A DNA stretch of 64,000 nucleotides from Eledone cirrhosa (Eukaryota): the NCBI GenBank assembly GCA_964016885.1, contig OZ024745.1:90210001-90274000 (forward strand), given 5' to 3'. Of this stretch, positions 58,301-64,000 are shown in pieces. Below the pieces are notes generated by a model. The model saw nothing but the letters and a program-made list of their open reading frames with translations, searched no databases and was not told where the DNA came from. Each line of letters opens with the position of its first letter. Within the stretch, counting starts at the first letter, position 1. A program made the position numbers and the translations under genes.

Positions 58301-59700
58301 TATGTGTGTGGGGGGTGCACTTTTGGTGGTTTTTACGTAGTTTGTTTCTGTGATGTTGGTGTGGCGTTGAATGTAATTTAAAAGCTTTGTGTTGTCTGTG
58401 TCTATGGCTGTGTATTGTGTCTGCTGTTTGGGTGTTGGTGTTTTCTGTGTTTGCTGTCCTGTTGTTATAGGTGACGATGGGGTAGATGGTAAGGGTGGTG
58501 GTGGCGGTGGTGGTGGCGGTGGTGGTGGTGTTTGTGGTGGTGGTGGTGATGGTGTAGGTGGTTGTAGGGGTGTGGCTGTTGATGGTGGTGGAGGAGGTGG
58601 GTAGTTTTCATTTTCTTTTTTTTTAAGTTCTTTCTTCCCCTTTTTTTTTGGGGGGGGGGGATGAGGGTAGGGAGTTCTTCCTTTTTTTGTTGGAATAGTT
58701 CTCCACTCCTCAGCCTCATCGCACTCCTTATCCGATTTGCCTATATCAGGAAGGGGTATGCTTTCCATTGGTTTTGTGGGTGGTGGAAGAGATGGTATTT
58801 TTGTTGTTGGTGATGGTGATTTCTCTTCTGCCACGGTGTTCTTTGTTTGTCTGCTCCAGTTGCGGGGCACGGCGTGGGGAGAAGGGGTGGTTGCGTGCCT
58901 GTTTTGGTAATTTGGTGGCAGAATTCCTTAAGGTGCGTCTTGTCACTGCATCCATGATACATTGGGCGCCTACCTTCGACAGTAACGGGTAGATGGCTGC
59001 CGTCGTCCAGGTCTATTACATCGGGGATGGCCTCAACGCCTTCGTGGTTTGCTTGGATGATTAGCTCCATCCCCGACCCTGTCCAATTTTCCTGTCTTAT
59101 TCGTATGACGTTGAGTATGTTTGTTGAATCTTCAACGTCAGCGAGGACGGCTGCCGTCAGCCACGCCATCTCCGCTGAGGGTGGAACCTGACCTACTCGA
59201 ACCTCCACGACTCTCTGGCCGCAATATGTGGGCATCATTGTGATTTCATCGCTGCGGAGTGGTGCAATGGAGTGTGCTCTGGCTTCCTCTTGTGTAGCGA
59301 AGAGCACATCCACAGTGCCATATCTCGATCCCCGGGCTATATATGTTTTCTGTGCCCAGACGGCACCCATAGCTCTTTGGATCTGTGACTCCGTTGCCCG
59401 TTCAACTCGCCTGGATTTTGATCCGATCGTGCGAACACAAAAGTTTGTTTCTTATTATCTCAGCTGGGCGGGTGAGACTTACTCTGTGTCCGTTTTTTTT
59501 TACCAAGACCTTTGCTTGTTTTATCTCTTCGTTAGTGATGTTTATTTACTCAAACTTGTTGGTCGCTTTCGCGAAAGATGTGTTTGTTTTGATTTGTCTT
59601 GACACGTCACTAGTTTTGTCTTTTTGGAAAAGTGTTTCATAGTTAGAGAACCAGGTTTCGTTTATTTCCCAACGTTGAAGGGATTTTAATTCTTCCTTAT
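55369..59700 (-). mobile_element. Degenerate Tx1/L1-clade LINE with an internal deletion
   Basis: ORF1 remnant 58741-59370 (VEGRRP..C..H..C), APE start SINVRGL, EN-RT fusion near 57725, RT 56711-57379. Confidence 0.9.
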
Positions 59701-59709
59701 TACAGCCCT

Positions 59710-61620
59710 CTAACCATTCATCTTGGAAAACAATTTCTTCGAATTCAATACCAAATACTACAGACAGAAATCTGGGACTGCCATGGAAACGAAAGTAGCC
59801 CCCTCATGCGCCAACCTTGTCATGGTATATTTGGAAACCACTCTCTACCGCAAAGTTCTAGACAAATACTTCTACCAACACATAGAAAAGAACTGGAAGA
59901 GATATCTGGACGACTGATTCATCCTCTGGCATGAAAGTATAGATAGACTGTTTGAGTTTAAAACCCTTCTGAATGGACTCAACACAAACTCACAATTCAC
60001 AATGGATTACAGCCATGAACAACTCCCTTTCCTCGACATCCTCATCAAGAAAACAAACAAAATAGAAACAGACATATACTACAAACCCACAGACTCCAAA
60101 CAATACTTTCCATTCAACTCGTGCCACCCTAGATACACCAAAATGGCAATTCCTTATAACCTAGCCAGAAGGATCTGCATAATAGTTTCAGATAAATATA
60201 CATGCTACACACGACTAGAAGAATAAAAAAACACACTTATCAGCAGAAACTACCCACCATCCCTAATAAACAATGGATTCCAGCGTGCCCTAAAACTCGA
60301 CATCCAGGAACTCAGACACCACAAACCCGGTAATGAACCGCAACGGAAAACTCTACCATACATCTCCACACACAACCCCCTCAACAATGAGGCATTCGAC
60401 ACCATCCTCCAGAACATTCCTTTACTAAAAAGAGACCCAAGAATGAACAAAATCCTTCAAACACACCACATCATAAAGAGCAAAAGACAACCTAAATCCA
60501 TAAAAAACATCCTCACACAAACCCAAATCCAACAAACCCTTACAATGAACCCTACAGTATCAACATGCGGAAGGCCCAACTGTGGCATATGCATAAATCT
60601 AATAGAAGGTTCAACATTCCATATTAAACAAGCACAACATTTCACAGTTAAACACAACTTTACATGTGCATCTGAAAAGCTAATCTATGTTTTGACCTGC
60701 TCAGGTTGTCAAGAGCACTACATAGGACAGACAAAAAACAGCCTCCGACAACGTATGACCGTCCATAAATAACAAATTAAAATACAGGAATACAGAAAGA
60801 TTGCATTTAGTGAACATATCGCCAATTGTGCACCCAACCAACATCCAAACTTTAAAATTTTCCCCAATTACAAATTCATAGACAACCGAATTTTCATCCA
60901 TCCTACCGATAAGGAAACATATTTCATTAACAATTTCCAACCTCTACTTAATGCACTAAACTTCGGACCAAACTAAAACTGGAACAAATAATCAAACATT
61001 TACAAGAGTTACCTCCCTCACACCCTACCTAATCCTTTTTCTTAAATAAATTAAATATCATCCAGCATGAATTGCCTCCCCTACATATTAACTCTCTAAA
61101 AAGGGAAATCATATCAAACCCTAGTCCACCATTTGCCTCCATCATGGAATCATGGATCAACTAAGCCATCTTGCTATTTAACACATTTTGATCTGCTTAT
61201 CTTCAAGAACTATACCTGTAAATAACATTTTTCTTTTCTTTCACATTGACTTATTATCCTCAACATTACGCCCCTTTTTTTCTTTTTTCTTTTTTTTTTC
61301 TTTTCACTTCATAAACCTTGTTTGTAAATAACATTATTCTTTCTGCACCATTTCTTAAATATGTGCAACAGCACCATTCTACACCAATACATATCACTAT
61401 CATTTGATAATGCATAAAAATGCTGAAACCGGTAATAGACAATTATTAAATATATAAATAGATAAATAAATTCCATTGTTAATTAATAAATAAATCAACT
61501 AATACCGTAACACTTCACACACAGTAAAACATTTCGTTTTAATCATTTTCTAACCCAGAAAAAAGAGTGAAAGAAATAAAAAGGTAAAAAAATATTTTTT
61601 TCTTCCTAATAATCCTCTCT
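59710..61620 (+). mobile_element. Degenerate Penelope-like element related to 30862-32585
   Basis: RQKSGTAM, RYLDD, LPFLDI, CGRPNCGIC and LIYVLTCSGC..YIGQT. HHR-like motif at 61397-61438. Confidence 0.9.
61397..61438 (+). ncRNA. Hammerhead-like motif with U3-A8 core
   Basis: UUGAUAA-uGCAU(aaaa)AUGCu-GAAA-CCGG-UA. Weak stem I. Confidence 0.55.
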
Positions 61621-61688
61621 TTCTCCATGTTTTCATATATATATATATATCCTAACTCGTGTTCTTCCTCTCAACATTTTATTATTAT

Positions 61689-61776
<88 letters not shown>

Positions 61777-61940
61777 TGTTATACTTGGGGAGGGTCATAT
61801 TTGTGTAATATTGCCAGAATTAATAACAGAACACACTCACTGTTTGGTTGGTTTTCGCTTTTCGTTTCTGTGTCTTTTATATTATTGTTTTTTGACACAC
61901 GATTTCATATCAAAAACCTCGCAAAACTAATTCATCGCCG

Positions 61941-62009
<69 letters not shown>

Positions 62010-62010
<1 letters not shown>

Positions 62011-63040
62011 AGGATGAATATAAAATGAAAGTGCTTTTTTTAAAAAAGGAATTTATTAGGTATTGACATATGTTTCTGTAACAGACTGAATACCTATGTA
62101 TCGCTGCTTGCGTAATCATATAATGTTAGCAAGTATTCGATAGCAAATGTATAATCAGTTGTCACTTCTTCAGAGATTTTTGATAAATTGGATAAAATAG
62201 AAAAATTGAAGTATTTATATTAGTAAAAGAGGAAGAAACAGAGGGGATAGTATATGACAGATGGTCAATTAATTTACTGCTAAACAAGTATATAATGGGT
62301 TTCTAATGAGAATACCATGAGTAAATCTAAATAAGAATTTTGGGAGTGCCAATTTTAATCTCTACTCGACCAACTGGACAGTGGACAGGGCTGGTCATTT
62401 GGTGCAGTAGTATTAATTATAAAGTGTCAATTGGGGAAGGGGGAGATTTCGATTGCTACTAAATAACATCAATGCTAGTAGCCAGCTGGTATATGCATTA
62501 GGGAATTGAATCAATAAATTAGAAATCTCATTTTATCTATAGCAGTTTGTATTAAAAGGTAAATAATAGAAGAGTTGATAGAATTAAGACTAATAAAGAA
62601 TGTTAATATCTATTTTGACAATCAAACGGGGATAGAGACAGGCGTTCAATCCTGGTAGTATTTATAATATGAAAATGTAGATTTTAAGCGATGGTTACAG
62701 TATAACGATCGCTCTATTCTGTTATTTAATAAAATGTTTTTGGATTTCATAATACAAAATAATTCTACATTACATAATTTACAAAATTCCTGTCCATGGG
62801 AATATGGGGGGGGGCAGCCGCTATTATATCCCATTTTAGGTGAAATTGTTGGTTATTTTCACGCAGCTGCCAAGCCTTGTCTGCGAGTGTTGTTACATAA
62901 CGCTGGTTTTCATGTTTTATCGAGTAACTATGTCTATAAAGGCGTGATTTGAAGGAGGTGGCTGTAGATCCCACATAGTACCACTTCTGTCTATCCGATT
63001 CGATAGTACATTTGTATACGATGTTGCGTTCAAGACACTG
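62010..63040 (-). mobile_element. Penelope-like 3' fragment (GIY-YIG) with a long-stem-II HHR at 62065-62173
   Basis: CLERNIVYKC..YYVGST..FKSRLYRH..CKLCNVE. HHR CUGAAGA-aGUGACA..UGUUACa-GAAA-CAUAUG-UC. Confidence 0.8.
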
Positions 63041-63044
63041 ATTT

Positions 63045-63256
63045 ACTCAGCTGTAGAAATGAGATGATAGGGACTGGGGTCCCTATCATTCCACTGCAAA
63101 GTGGTCGTGGAGGTGCCATGGCAAAAAAGCACCCAGCACTCACTGTAAATGAGGTTGGTGTTAGGAAGGGCATCCAGCTGTAGAAATCAAGCCAGAATCA
63201 GTTCCCGTCCCACCCTTGCAAGCAGGGAAAAGCGGACGTAAAATGATGATGATGAT
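63045..63256 (+). mobile_element. SINE 3' portion with (GAT)n tail
   Basis: ggtgttaggaagggcatccagctgtagaaa core and ggaaaagcggacgtaaaa(tga)n tail. Confidence 0.6.
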
Positions 63257-63291
63257 ATATAAAGGTATATATATGTACATATAGGTATATA

Positions 63292-63684
63292 CGAGGGCAA
63301 TCCCAAAAGTAAGGTCTCCTTCCGATATTGCAACTTTTCCGTTAAAATCCTTTGAATGGTGCTTCGGGAAACCTCAGGAACCAAAATGCAGAGAACATCC
63401 AGAGTGATCCGCCGATCTTTATGCATGTTTTCCTCGGAATGAGACCTTACTTTTGGGATTGCCCTCTATATAATAACTGTGCGAAATTCGCACTTGGCGG
63501 AAGCGTTCGACGGGATCTCCATTCTCAACGGCTGCCAAGCCAAGATTGAGCATCCCAGCGAAGCGCACGCATGCTTGTTTGGGAGTGAAGGAAGCACCAA
63601 TCACAACAGTGTTGCCAACAGCCCTACGAACAATTTCTCTTCGTCCCCATCGCTTTGGAGACCTTACTTTTGAGATTACCCTCG
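63292..63684 (-). mobile_element. Internally deleted mariner remnant with three TIR copies
   Basis: TIR cgagggcaatcccaaaagtaaggtctc at 63292, inverted at 63441-63466 and 63658-63684. TA flanks. Transposase pieces MEIPSNASAKCEFRTVI and DRRITL..VSRSTIQRILTEKLQYRK. Confidence 0.85.
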
Positions 63685-63711
63685 TATATGTATATATAGG
63701 TATATATACAC

Positions 63712-63875
63712 AGATGCCCTCTTCATAGTGAGGAAACTACAAGAGAGGTTCTTAGAGAAGAATAAGCCACTATACTTAGCTTTTGTTGACCTAGAGAAGG
63801 CCTTTGATAGGGTATCCCGATCTGTCATCTGGTGGTCCCTAAGGAAACTAGGGGTAGAGGAATAGCTTGTGAGGC
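63712..63875 (+). mobile_element. RTE-clade LINE RT fragment
   Basis: DALFIVRKLQERFLEKNKPLYLAFVDLEKAFDRVSR. Confidence 0.82.
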
Positions 63876-64000
63876 ACTTTCATTTTATATTCATCCTTTC
63901 TACGGAATATAATTTATACTCGTTGAGCAAACCTGCACGTACGCTGTTCATCTCTAACGTAACGATATATTATCACTACATTATTGATAACCTGAAATTT

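Overview
This is eukaryotic, AT-rich, microsatellite-dense DNA, most consistent with a cephalopod (Octopus-like) genome. That assignment is inferred from the SINE type, repeat landscape and exon, not from a search. Only one host coding exon is visible: a 222-bp HSPA12-like exon (10767-10988, minus strand), so the window is probably two very large introns. These are filled with retroelements: Penelope-like elements (PLEs, RT + GIY-YIG), Tx1/L1-clade LINEs, R4/Dong-clade RLE LINEs (one nearly intact), CRE and RTE remnants and tRNA-derived SINEs. There is also a non-autonomous Helitron and a mariner remnant. Most short ORFs in the track are microsatellite artefacts. The most striking signal is about 20 type I hammerhead ribozyme (HHR) motifs found by manual folding, roughly 13 with canonical or U3-A8 covariant cores. 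Some sit in PLE 3' ends. Others sit in ORF-less units inserted in (TA)n that show tandem, terminally redundant, circularly permuted or fold-back arrangements, and several of these start or end at the predicted cleavage site. Together they look like a retrozyme-type system mobilised in trans by PLEs. All folds and alignments were done by eye.
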